32,000 nucleotides of DNA from Haloquadratum walsbyi C23 (GCF_000237865.1 NC_017459.1:2520001-2552000); one strand, 5' to 3'; positions 17,731-26,758 are shown, counted from the stretch's first letter. Numbers and translations: made by a program. The notes: generated by a model not told the origin, from the sequence alone.

Positions 17731-18051
17731 TTAATCGCCAGCAAAGCTGAGAGTATCAACGGCATCAGAAATGGTTTCGCCTGGATCGGGCTCAATCCGA
17801 AATAGTTCCGTCAGCGATTCTGTCGGTGTCTCAATATGTGTTACCGATAGTCCGGTTGAATCGACTGTGACACACTCATATCCGTCCGTTGCTGCAACAT
17901 ACAATTGACCGGATGTAGCACCTTCATACATATCAAGCGTCATTATCTCAGCATCAAGCGACTCAGTAACATGTGAAACCATTGTTGAGTCAATGTCCGC
18001 GGGCGCCGATTCTGTTGTGCCAAACTCTTCTGCTGAGGCGATTGTTACCAT
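17731..18051 (-). CDS. small acidic hypothetical protein (106 aa)
   Basis: ORF with an ATG start and very acidic composition, on the same strand as and upstream of the 554-aa ORF. Confidence 0.5.
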   Translation of the reverse strand: MVTIASAEEFGTTESAPADIDSTMVSHVTESLDAEIMTLDMYEGATSGQLYVAATDGYECVTVDSTGLSVTHIETPTESLTELFRIEPDPGETISDAVDTLSFAGD

Positions 18052-18174
18052 ACATTTTCCTGTTGTCTGAACGTAATAAACATGGCGACGGCATGAAATT
18101 CGGTCTCTGAAGCGGATATATAGCGCGTATACCGAAACCTACAGTATCATTCATTACTCATACCGACCTGTTTC

Positions 18175-18579
18175 ATGACAACATATCTGATTGGGACAGA
18201 TAGCGAGCAGGCAAGTCAGGTTATCTGCGATCATCTTGAGGGTACGCTTGGCAGTGATGCAACACTCACTGTAATACATGTTATGACAAGCTCTGATATC
18301 GAAGAGCGACGGGATGGCGAGACTGCACTTGAAGTGTTTAATGACCGCTTTGAGGAAACAGATATCCCTGTATCAACAACACAATTCAATCGTGAGGCAT
18401 CGCCAACAGAAGAATTACTTCGAGAAGCTGACGCTATTGACGCAGATCAGATTGTAACCGCACTTCGGCGTCACTCACGCACTGAGCGTGTGATATTTGG
18501 GAGCGTCTCACACTCGCTGATTGAGCAGACACCACGACCACTGACACTTGTTCCGCTCCCAGAATATAATCCTGATTGA
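18175..18579 (+). CDS. universal stress protein (UspA family)
   Basis: 134-aa ORF with the Usp architecture: TYLIGTDSE..., VIHVM, and the C-terminal ATP-binding-like FGSVSHSLIEQTPRPLTLVP. Confidence 0.8.
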   Translation: MTTYLIGTDSEQASQVICDHLEGTLGSDATLTVIHVMTSSDIEERRDGETALEVFNDRFEETDIPVSTTQFNREASPTEELLREADAIDADQIVTALRRHSRTERVIFGSVSHSLIEQTPRPLTLVPLPEYNPD

Positions 18580-18646
18580 TTTAATTGAGCTGATTGGTAT
18601 CATATGATGTAGATGCCTGTCTGCAATCGTCTCAACGGTCATAGTA

Positions 18647-19786
18647 TCAGTCGTTCGCAGCCGGACTGCTTAGGCTCTCATCGCTATTACTTGTTGGATT
18701 AACGCCTGAGGGCGACGGGGTTGTGTCTGCATTGTTTGCTGTATTGAGGAGCCGTGGAAGTGCCGTGTTCGCGAATGTTAGTCCAATCACAAGCAAGATT
18801 GGTGCGAAAAAGAGTCCATAGAATCCAAGTACGACTGGACCGAGTGTATATGCCAACATTAGCAACCCAACATGTGTTTCATCACCACTCAACAGGGGCC
18901 GAAGCACGATATCCGGAATCGTATCAATTACAACGATGGCAATAACAAGTAATCCAGCGATATATGTCAAATTAGACGGATTACCACCAAGGAGAATCGG
19001 GACCGCACTGAGAATCGTCAACGGGAAATAGACGATTTTCATCCCCACAACAGGAATCAGACTTGCAATACCAGTAAGCCCACCAGCTAAAGCTGGATAT
19101 GGCACCTCAGCAGGACTAGGCACGAACACATTATACACATTGAACACGCCAATAGCAATGAGTGAAATTGATAATACATTCAACAGATTGCCGAAAAGAA
19201 CCGACTCAAGTTCTCGATCAGCTGCCTCAAGATATTCACGAATGATTGCCTCATCGTCGAATCGAAGAAGCCATGCGCCGATTTTGTCGCCATCAACGAG
19301 TAGATAATATGTAACAATAGTGATAATGAATAGATTCAGCGTAAATTGTGAGATCATACTCGTGAGGACACTCGCATGAGCTGTTGCAAAGTCAATAAGC
19401 GGTGTTAGTTGCCCTGATTGATATGCATTATATAATCCCTGCACTGTAAATTCAGGAACACGGCTGACACTTCCAAACCACGAAACATTTTCTGCTGCGA
19501 CCGAAATAAGATCATATTCATCGATAAATGCACGCGCTTCAAGCACGAGTAAAACCCCTGCATAACTGACCAAGAATATGAGCGGAATTGCAAGTGAACC
19601 AAGCGCAATGGCAGCACGGATACTAGCAGGAAGTCGAAACCGTTCTAAGAGAGTATAGTATTTTCGGGTCGAGTAGTATAAAAAGACGGCAATAGTCAGT
19701 GGCGCAATAAATTCATACGCGAGAAATCCGATCACACTGAACACTGCAAGCCCAAACAGGGCGACTGCAAACCGTCTTGCATTCAT
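18647..19786 (-). CDS. AI-2E family transporter (PerM/UPF0118-like) membrane protein
   Basis: 379-aa polytopic membrane ORF. The C-terminal conserved region DIVLRPLLSGDETHVGLLMLAYTLGPVVLGFYGLFFAPILLV resembles the AI-2E family. Confidence 0.75.
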   Translation of the reverse strand: MNARRFAVALFGLAVFSVIGFLAYEFIAPLTIAVFLYYSTRKYYTLLERFRLPASIRAAIALGSLAIPLIFLVSYAGVLLVLEARAFIDEYDLISVAAENVSWFGSVSRVPEFTVQGLYNAYQSGQLTPLIDFATAHASVLTSMISQFTLNLFIITIVTYYLLVDGDKIGAWLLRFDDEAIIREYLEAADRELESVLFGNLLNVLSISLIAIGVFNVYNVFVPSPAEVPYPALAGGLTGIASLIPVVGMKIVYFPLTILSAVPILLGGNPSNLTYIAGLLVIAIVVIDTIPDIVLRPLLSGDETHVGLLMLAYTLGPVVLGFYGLFFAPILLVIGLTFANTALPRLLNTANNADTTPSPSGVNPTSNSDESLSSPAAND

Positions 19787-19850
19787 TTATTCAGAGATTA
19801 TTATGCTAGAATGTAAAAACGTGCCTATTGGTCTCTCATGATGAATCAAT

Positions 19851-19895
19851 GATTGACATCCTCCCGTGCCCGAAGACGCGGGTATTCTTCTTGTA
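19851..19895 (-). repeat. short remnant of the same repeat family as 3465-3650 (terminal 15-mer plus hairpin)
   Basis: gattgacatcctccc (19851-19865) is identical to 3465-3479. It is followed by the hairpin 19863-19882 (cccgtg N8 cgcggg) and ttcttc, colinear with the 3465 copy. Confidence 0.4.
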
Positions 19896-19940
19896 ATTCT
19901 TGTATTCTATAAACAGCAGTAATCAGATTATTGATACTAT

Positions 19941-20135
19941 CTAAAACTCAGCAACGCCAGGAAGTATCGACTCAACATCACGTGTGTACGACGTTGCATA
20001 GTCGGTTTCTGGTGGTCGTTCGTACCGACCACCGTCACGCGTTGGTGTTGGTATTGACTGTGTCTCTTCGTCGCTGATCATTGGAATCATCGGTTCGATT
20101 TCGTCTGTCGGTCGCGTTTGGTGGTATTCTGTCAT
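19941..20135 (-). CDS. small acidic hypothetical protein (64 aa from the internal ATG)
   Basis: The track ORF runs 19941..20297. Only the part from the ATG at 20135 (MTEYHQTRPTDEIEPM...) has haloarchaeal-like acidic composition. Confidence 0.3.
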   Translation of the reverse strand: MTEYHQTRPTDEIEPMIPMISDEETQSIPTPTRDGGRYERPPETDYATSYTRDVESILPGVAEF

Positions 20136-20560
20136 TGTATCTGTTATTTTTTGATTTACATCGGATCTGATGGCAACATTGACATCAGATTTGTTGTATG
20201 AATGATTGGCGAGCGATACTGTGAATATATTGATGTGAGTGAGCGATGTCACGCACGTACAGATACGGCGTCTTTCATCGTATTTCACTTGAGACACGGA
20301 TTTGTAATAAATCTTTATGATAGTTACTGGGAAGAATCCAAGATCATACCTGTCGGGACATACGAATATGATATATTATTATCCGCTTCATATTTAAATT
20401 ATTGGTCTGATTGTATAATACACTGATTAAAAATAATGTTCGATGATATTTTACTGGTCGATACAAGTATTATATTGAAATATATCTGTATAATATAAAC
20501 TGAGTATATCTGGTCGCATGCCACAAGTAAATCACGTGATTAGCAAATAAAGATAGATAC

Positions 20561-21067
20561 ATGTCGAGATCACCTGCAGAAATGAAGCGACAGCCGCTTT
20601 GTGTTGTTGGACCAAGTGATAGTGGAAAAACAACATTTCTTGAATCACTCATTGATCATCTTAGCACAGTTGGTCAGGTTGGAACAATCAAATCGATACA
20701 TCATGATATAGAGCCAGATACTCCAGGGAAAGATACATATCGACATCGACAGGCTGGTGCCGAGACCGTCGTTGGCGTGACGCCATCGCTTTCGTTTCAG
20801 ATATCAACGAATGGAAAGGCTGACACCGAGAATGAAGCTGATATGCTTGAGGCTATTGTTTCGGATCTCAAGACAAATGGATATCAGTTTATTCTCATCG
20901 AAGGCTTCCATACATCATCATATCCGAAGTTCATTCTCAGCGATGGTGGTGAAGCCGATCTCACCGCGTATGACGTTTCCCCTCCAGTTGTCGGTCGCAC
21001 GACCCGACAGGAAGTTGACTCAGAAGCAATCGCATCAGCGATTATTGATGGGACACTCTTTCAGTAG
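20561..21067 (+). CDS. mobB: molybdopterin-guanine dinucleotide biosynthesis adapter protein MobB
   Basis: 168-aa ORF with the P-loop VVGPSDSGKTT, followed by IKSIHHD...PGKDTYRHRQAGA, characteristic of MobB. Confidence 0.85.
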   Translation: MSRSPAEMKRQPLCVVGPSDSGKTTFLESLIDHLSTVGQVGTIKSIHHDIEPDTPGKDTYRHRQAGAETVVGVTPSLSFQISTNGKADTENEADMLEAIVSDLKTNGYQFILIEGFHTSSYPKFILSDGGEADLTAYDVSPPVVGRTTRQEVDSEAIASAIIDGTLFQ

Positions 21068-21304
21068 TTTGTAAGTTGTTGGTGCTGTGATTTTATTATC
21101 CGAACTCCAACGAGCACAATAGCATTCCATGTCAACTGGTCAGCTAGGTGTTATTTCGGGTATAAACGGTGACCATATTGCAAACTAGTAATATATCTGA
21201 GCTTTTCGATCTGGGGAAGCGTGTGGGATATGTTAATGAGATAGAAGAGGAGCCTCGGGCGCAATGTCGAATCAGATAATGATAATAGGTGCAAGTCGGA
21301 CTGC

Positions 21305-22159
21305 TCAGGAGATAGTGGCATCATATTGTTCTGGGTCGAAAGACGCTGCTGTTCGCCAGTAATGATCGTGTGTCTCAACAGCCCACTGATAGACACGGTC
21401 ATTGCTGCTTGCAAGTGATGCTTGAACAAGCCCGCGACCATCACGGAGTAAAAACACAACCGTGTCGTTTGTGAGTGTAGCTGCAAGAGGAACACCATCA
21501 GCTCGAACACGAAGACGACCGTCATCAGCACTCGCAAGTGACTGTAATTGTTCCCATAGCGTTTGATTATCAGCAATTGCAGTAATCGCGGATTCAGAGA
21601 GAACGGCCTCAAACGTTTGTGCACCGGTTCGAACCCTTCGTTCAACAATCTCGATACTCTGCTCATTGAATGCATGCGAAAACACCCGGAGGTGTGTTGC
21701 ATCCTCCATAACAGCAAGGACTTCCCTGAGTGGAGCACTCGGACGCGTTTGTGTCGGAACAGTGATTGTTGCATCTGAAAGATGTTCAAGATCAAAGTCC
21801 ATTGCATGCGTTGGAAGATAATCAATAATTTCTCGAAGTTTAGTCTCTGTTTCAAGACTTTCAAGAAGGTCAGTCACGCTACCAGCAACTAATCGTCCTG
21901 TTGCTGTTGCAACATACTCAGTCCCATCATGTCGTATCCATGATCGCTCTGTGAAATCTTCAAGAATTCGCCCAAGGGTCGCTTGTGATGCACCGATTTC
22001 TTCACCGAGTTCACCTCGTGTATATCGATCCTCTGCAAGACATTCAAGAACAAGCACGCGATTCGCTGATCGCGAGAGGAACTCAATCTCTGATAAGGCT
22101 TCATCCATACTGTATTGAATCATATCCCACGACATACGCTCTTCGCCGCGTGCAATCAT
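21305..22159 (-). CDS. HTH transcriptional regulator (ArsR-like wHTH plus DUF1724-type domain)
   Basis: IEFLSRSANRVLVLECL...RGELGEEIGASQATLGRILEDFTERSWI wHTH, with a C-terminal domain like that of 1061..2071. The track start at 22171 is GTG. ATGs lie at 22159 and 22135, so the exact start is uncertain. Confidence 0.75.
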   Translation of the reverse strand: MIARGEERMSWDMIQYSMDEALSEIEFLSRSANRVLVLECLAEDRYTRGELGEEIGASQATLGRILEDFTERSWIRHDGTEYVATATGRLVAGSVTDLLESLETETKLREIIDYLPTHAMDFDLEHLSDATITVPTQTRPSAPLREVLAVMEDATHLRVFSHAFNEQSIEIVERRVRTGAQTFEAVLSESAITAIADNQTLWEQLQSLASADDGRLRVRADGVPLAATLTNDTVVFLLRDGRGLVQASLASSNDRVYQWAVETHDHYWRTAASFDPEQYDATIS

Positions 22160-22294
22160 TTCACGCTGCACTCAATACACACACCGGGATACGACGATGG
22201 AGCATGCAATTTTTTATCAATTATATTAGGTGTATGTGGGTCTAATATACATTGTGGATAAGCATTGGATTCAACGATTTGGTGGTGAACGATC

Positions 22295-23386
22295 ATGAGT
22301 GCCCGACGAGCATTTGGGTTATTCATCGCCTCGGCTGTGTTGTTCGGCGGTACATTCGTTGGTGCGAAAGCTGGACTCCCATATTTCCCGCCGCTCACAT
22401 TCGTTGCGATACGGTTTGATATTGGAGCGCTTGTATTAGCTGGATACGCAGCACATAAATTATCCTTTGAGCAGCTTCGACCACGTACTCGAGGTGATAT
22501 TATTGCAATACTCGCGACTGGCGTGTTCGTTATTGGACTGACGAATGCGCTAATATTCATTGGTCAACAATATATCACAAGTGGTGTTGCTGCGATTATC
22601 ATGAGTCTCAATCCGATTTTAACACCAGTATTCGCGGCATTTGCATTATCGGATGAACCAATCACACGACGCGGAATCATCGGGATTGTTGCAGGGCTCA
22701 TTGGCGTTGGGCTAGTGGCGAATCCAGACCCAAGCGCGTTTGTCGGAACGATTGGATTACCAATTATATTCGGTGCTGCGGTTGTGAGCGCACTTGGTGC
22801 TGTTGTGATCCGGTGGTCAACACCGACAATGTCAAGCGCTGCACGAACTGTTTGGGGTGTCCCGATTGCTGCTGTTGTGACACACCTTCTCGCTGTTATG
22901 ACAGGCGAGTCAATGGCTGCTATCTCGGTGACACCAACAGCAGTAATTGCATTATTATATGTTGGTATCGGCTCCGGCGCTATTGCATATCTTAGTTACT
23001 TTGCACTGATTGACACGGTAGGGGCAACCCGCGCAAATCTACTGTTCTATCTTACCCCCGTTGTCTCAGCACTTGGCGGATGGATCATTCTTAATGAGTC
23101 AATCTCGACACTCACAATCATAGGATTTGTAGTAATCTTTGGTGGGTTCTTGATCCTCGGAGGCGACTCAATCACAGCAGTGATTACACACCGCTATCCA
23201 CAGGTTCGGACACAGTGGACGCTACTTCGAGAACGAGTACTCTCAACAGTGCTATCTCTGAAATCATGGTATTCACTTCGCGCGATTCAATCTCGTGACA
23301 AACAAACACAAACGAAAACCCAAACCCAATCACAGACACAGTCACAGTCACAGTCACACTCTCATTCCCCATCTCAGTCTGATTGA
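22295..23386 (+). CDS. EamA/DMT-family transporter with repetitive Q/T/S/H C-terminal tail
   Basis: 363-aa ORF with about ten hydrophobic helices in two EamA-like halves. The tail is DKQTQTKTQTQSQTQSQSQSHSHSPSQSD. Confidence 0.85.
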   Translation: MSARRAFGLFIASAVLFGGTFVGAKAGLPYFPPLTFVAIRFDIGALVLAGYAAHKLSFEQLRPRTRGDIIAILATGVFVIGLTNALIFIGQQYITSGVAAIIMSLNPILTPVFAAFALSDEPITRRGIIGIVAGLIGVGLVANPDPSAFVGTIGLPIIFGAAVVSALGAVVIRWSTPTMSSAARTVWGVPIAAVVTHLLAVMTGESMAAISVTPTAVIALLYVGIGSGAIAYLSYFALIDTVGATRANLLFYLTPVVSALGGWIILNESISTLTIIGFVVIFGGFLILGGDSITAVITHRYPQVRTQWTLLRERVLSTVLSLKSWYSLRAIQSRDKQTQTKTQTQSQTQSQSQSHSHSPSQSD

Positions 23387-23561
23387 GCACCCTCTATTTA
23401 TGATTAATTGATGGGTTGCTCCAACGAATTATGACGTATGATTTTGATCGTATCTATATACACAGAGTCAAATCACATTGCCAAATCCGCACAATCCTAA
23501 ATAGTGCGATTATGCATATCTTATCAATATCAAATATGTCATATTCAATACCGATGCCAAT

Positions 23562-24680
23562 TTGTCGCTTGGGACAACATGTGCTAATGTGAACGTACTG
23601 GCGCTGATTGATTCTTTCTGGCCAATCCTTGTAGATGTCATCCCACGGGTTGCTCGAATTGCAGTGTTCGTAACCGTTGGTGTCTTTCTTGCAAATGTTG
23701 CTGTTGAGTTCGGACTTGTCGAACGCATCGCAGTCATCTCAAAGTATCTTACCCGCCCTGCGAATCTCCCTGACGAAGTTGGAACGGCAATTATAACGAC
23801 TGCTGCCTCGACGACGGCCGGCTACGGGATGCTTGCAGACTTCAGGGAGTCAGGGCGACTTTCAGATATCGAGACACTGATTGCTGTAACAATAAATACA
23901 TTCTTTGGATTTGTCCAGCACATTTTCACGTTCTATGCGCCGGTTTTGATTCCAATTCTTGGAGCACGGGTCGGCGTCCTCTATGTTGGTGCGCGGGCTG
24001 CTATTGCACTTGGTATTTCGATTGTGGGCGTGCTTGCTGGAGCCATTCTTCTACGTTCGACTGAACCACTTAGCAAGCAGCAACAACAAGAACATACGAC
24101 AACCACTGATTCTGATGCATTGACGAAGGCAGAGGTAGAGACAGGAGGGAAGACAAGAAAGTCAGATACTCGATCCACAAGCAATACTACCCCGCGGTCT
24201 GACGGCGGTCCTGTAACGACTGACGATAGTCGGTCATTGCGGACCATACTCCGCGCAGCTGGAGAGCAAACATTTGCAAAGACTCGACGTATCGTCCCCC
24301 GGCTGGCAATTGTATATGTGTTAATTACAATCGTGATCGAGACACAGAATCTTCAGGCACTAACAGCGATTGCAGAGCCACTAACGGCAGTACTCGGGCT
24401 TCCTGGTGCAGCTCTCCCTGTTGTTGCGGTTTTTGCATTTGACACAACAGCTGGCGCAGCAACAGTCGCCCCGATGGTGGGTCCGACATTCACTGCACAA
24501 ACAGCCGTTGCAACGATGCTTCTCGGTGGAATCGTCTCATTTGCGGTCTCAACATTCAAACGCTCCATTCCATTCCAATATGGGATCTGGGGACCAACCT
24601 TTGGCTCGAAGGTAATCATCGTCAATACAGTATTAAAGATTATTTTCATCACTGCCGCGCTTGGCGTGCTTCTGCTGTAA
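23562..24680 (+). CDS. integral membrane protein, possibly nucleoside-recognition (Gate) domain family, with a central hydrophilic insert
   Basis: 372-aa ORF with multiple TM segments. The track start is TTG at 23562, and an in-frame GTG lies at 23589. The family assignment is tentative. Confidence 0.6.
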   Translation: MSLGTTCANVNVLALIDSFWPILVDVIPRVARIAVFVTVGVFLANVAVEFGLVERIAVISKYLTRPANLPDEVGTAIITTAASTTAGYGMLADFRESGRLSDIETLIAVTINTFFGFVQHIFTFYAPVLIPILGARVGVLYVGARAAIALGISIVGVLAGAILLRSTEPLSKQQQQEHTTTTDSDALTKAEVETGGKTRKSDTRSTSNTTPRSDGGPVTTDDSRSLRTILRAAGEQTFAKTRRIVPRLAIVYVLITIVIETQNLQALTAIAEPLTAVLGLPGAALPVVAVFAFDTTAGAATVAPMVGPTFTAQTAVATMLLGGIVSFAVSTFKRSIPFQYGIWGPTFGSKVIIVNTVLKIIFITAALGVLLL

Positions 24681-24766
24681 TGACCGCTCCTACTGACCGC
24701 TATTGATGTGATCATGACGCATATCGGGAATTTCCACCCCCACGGTGCGCTTTACTCAACGTAAGC

Positions 24767-25183
24767 TTACTCAGCATCAACGGGCTGTGGCTGTCCGTCT
24801 TCAGTCGGAGGAACAGTATGATCAATGTAGCTCTCAACATCTGGCTCATGAACAATAACGGTCACCTCAATATCGCCAAGTTCGTCTGGATTCCCGACAG
24901 CAAAATTAATGATCCCTTTGAATGCTGCCTGCTTTTTGATTGAGAATCGAAATGACTCATCATTGGCGTGTTTGAAGAACTCTCGACGAGCAGTGTCAAG
25001 AATCTCCTGTTCATGCAATAATACGGCGAATTCCTCTAGTGAGTGCGTCTCACCAATAATCTCGCCTGGATGCTGTTCAAATGTAACGTTTGGGAATAGA
25101 TTTTGAACTGCATCCTCAACACGATCTGTTATCTCCGTATCATGCACCGGGGTGGTAATCTGAATCTCAACGCTGTATATCAT
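24767..25183 (-). CDS. archaeal UPF0201-type RNA-binding protein (coaE-operon associated)
   Basis: 138-aa ORF with the MIYSVEIQITTPVHDTE...RVEDAVQNLFP pattern. It sits next to a UPF0200 P-loop kinase, a conserved archaeal pairing. Confidence 0.7.
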   Translation of the reverse strand: MIYSVEIQITTPVHDTEITDRVEDAVQNLFPNVTFEQHPGEIIGETHSLEEFAVLLHEQEILDTARREFFKHANDESFRFSIKKQAAFKGIINFAVGNPDELGDIEVTVIVHEPDVESYIDHTVPPTEDGQPQPVDAE

Positions 25184-25261
25184 TATGATTATAGTTATCT
25201 CTATTGTTATTATTGATTTGATACTTGGCTGTTTGACTCATCGTACAGTTCATTGTGTATG

Positions 25262-25843
25262 TTAATGCTGACTGCTATCAGCATGCTCAGTTGTGTCAAC
25301 AGTCCGTTGGGTGAGAAAGTATTGGATTGTCTCATGAAACTTTGAGAGTGACTCAGTATTTTCAATTACGACGTCTGCGCGGTCCATCGCTTCACCCATC
25401 CCGAATCCGAGCTCACGCTCTTCACGTTTCTGTAGTGCTGTTTCATCAAGATCTGTCTCATCACGACCACGTTTATCGAGACGCTTTACACGTGATTTAA
25501 ACGGTGCTTCAATGCTCACAAGAATAAAATCATCACCGAAGGCATCACGAAAGCAGTCAAGTTCAATATCAGAGCGAAGTCCATCAACGAGCACTGTCTC
25601 ACTTGATTCAAGTTTCGTTTTAATAATTGGAAGTGATCGCTCAGCAATCGCTGCAGGTCCTTCTTTCTCGCGAAGTGACTTTGCAACAGTCCCATGATGT
25701 TCTGCAGGATCATGCCCTCGGTTTCGACAAACCTCACGAATTACATCACCCATCGTGACGACCGGAATATCAAGCCTACGTGCAACAGCAGCAGCCTCGC
25801 TCTTTCCACTTCCAGGAAGTCCAACAGTGCCGATAACCCTCAT
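25262..25843 (-). CDS. UPF0200-type P-loop nucleotide kinase (CoaE-like)
   Basis: MRVIGTVGLPGSGKSE Walker A at the N-terminus (ATG at 25843), about 193 aa. Confidence 0.75.
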   Translation of the reverse strand: MRVIGTVGLPGSGKSEAAAVARRLDIPVVTMGDVIREVCRNRGHDPAEHHGTVAKSLREKEGPAAIAERSLPIIKTKLESSETVLVDGLRSDIELDCFRDAFGDDFILVSIEAPFKSRVKRLDKRGRDETDLDETALQKREERELGFGMGEAMDRADVVIENTESLSKFHETIQYFLTQRTVDTTEHADSSQH

Positions 25844-25969
25844 TATGCCTCGATTCACGACACCGAGACTTACACGTTGCGCTCGCGGGCATTAAATGAG
25901 TGTCATAGTAGATCAATATGCGGGCTACAAAAAAAGTATCTCAAGTCCGCTATAGCCCAGAGTGAACTG

Positions 25970-25990
25970 CTCCGGGGTCAAGCCCCGGAG
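25970..25990. repeat. GC-rich palindromic hairpin motif, copy 1 (ctccgggg tcaag ccccggag)
   Basis: Perfect 8-bp stem with a 5-nt loop, 147 nt upstream of tRNA-Arg. It is inverted relative to copies 2 and 3 and carries compensatory stem changes. Confidence 0.85.
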
Positions 25991-26137
25991 TTTCTTCCAG
26001 TAGAGTAGCTTAATAAGAAGGTCATGACCGCAGTAGTGCCCCCAGGTTCAATCGGAAGAGATCAGAATTATAATATCGATCCTGTGTCGGCTGTGAATCC
26101 ATATGCATTTTACCATTGACTAAATATTGTTCAATGT

Positions 26138-26211
26138 GGGCGCGTAGCTCAGTTGGACAGAGCGTCGGACTTCTAATCCGACGGTCGCGGGTTCGAATCC
26201 CGTCGCGCCCG
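26138..26211 (+). tRNA. tRNA-Arg (anticodon TCT)
   Basis: Manual cloverleaf: acceptor GGGCGCG/CGCGCCC, D stem GCTC/GAGC, anticodon stem TCGGA/TCCGA with loop CTTCTAA, T arm GCGGG TTCGAAT CCCGT, discriminator G. No CCA is encoded. Confidence 0.95.
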
Positions 26212-26361
26212 TCGTCGCAGTCATAACATATCTTAACGGTTAATCCGCAGCCGAAGCCGCAGCCGTACCACTCGCAGATATCACTTATAAAAATATTCAC
26301 ATAAATGCTATTGAATAATTGGTACAAGATTTCCCTGTTCTACAGATTAACAGGCAGAGTG

Positions 26362-26382
26362 CCTCGGGGCTTGACCCCGAGG
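26362..26382. repeat. GC-rich palindromic hairpin motif, copy 2 (cctcgggg cttga ccccgagg)
   Basis: Perfect 8-bp stem, 150 nt downstream of tRNA-Arg. The 22-nt stretch 26361-26382 is identical to 26700-26721. Confidence 0.85.
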
Positions 26383-26694
26383 GTGAATGCCGTCACTATA
26401 TGCCACAAATTTAACTATTTCTAGCGTTTCACACGGTGACAACGACCAGAAACAACCCATCAAAGTATGGAAATGAAGACCTCATTTCCTTCGCTGGTCG
26501 TTTGACAGTTTGGAAATGTAGCCCCTCTCAAAATCCGCTACTATGGTGGTGCGACGGGGGTTTCAACGGGCGGAGTGAAGCCGCCGACCTCCACGGACTC
26601 CTCGCGGAGTTCGGGTGTTAATTCCAGCCGACCCCTCACGGGGAAGGTCGGAGGGAATTAAATTCGCCTGCGGGTGCCGTGCAGACCCCAAACG

Positions 26695-26729
26695 GTGAAG
26701 CCTCGGGGCTTGACCCCGAGGTACTTCAC
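26695..26729. repeat. GC-rich palindromic hairpin motif, copy 3, with extended stem (gtgaag-cctcgggg cttga ccccgagg-ta-cttcac)
   Basis: Read directly. The core 26701-26721 is identical to copy 2, and the flanking gtgaag/cttcac extends the stem. Confidence 0.85.
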
Positions 26730-26758
26730 ATACTAACACAGGGGTTCACTCAATTGAA

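Noticed and set aside
20298-20560. AT-rich 260-bp region upstream of mobB with short palindromes (tattata N15 tataata), considered as a replication origin or regulatory hub.
   Set aside because: There is no adjacent orc/cdc6 and no ORB-like repeated boxes. Short palindromes are expected in such AT-rich DNA. It is most likely just divergent promoter sequence.
21151-21864. 237-aa minus-strand ORF overlapping the DUF1724 regulator in another frame.
   Set aside because: It is basic and Leu/Phe/Gln-rich, unlike the local proteome. The 21305..22159 frame has the clear wHTH and family-typical C-terminal domain.
24060-24250. Hydrophilic Q/T/S/D-rich insert (KQQQQEHTTTTDSD...TRKSDTRSTSNTTPRSDGG) in the middle of the membrane protein, considered as a possible gene fusion or frameshift.
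   Set aside because: The reading frame is continuous with hydrophobic domains on both sides. A cytoplasmic loop of low complexity is the simplest explanation, and there is nothing testable from sequence alone.
26022-26327. 101-aa minus-strand ORF overlapping tRNA-Arg.
   Set aside because: It runs antisense straight through a canonical tRNA gene and is Cys/Arg/Ile-rich, so it is spurious.
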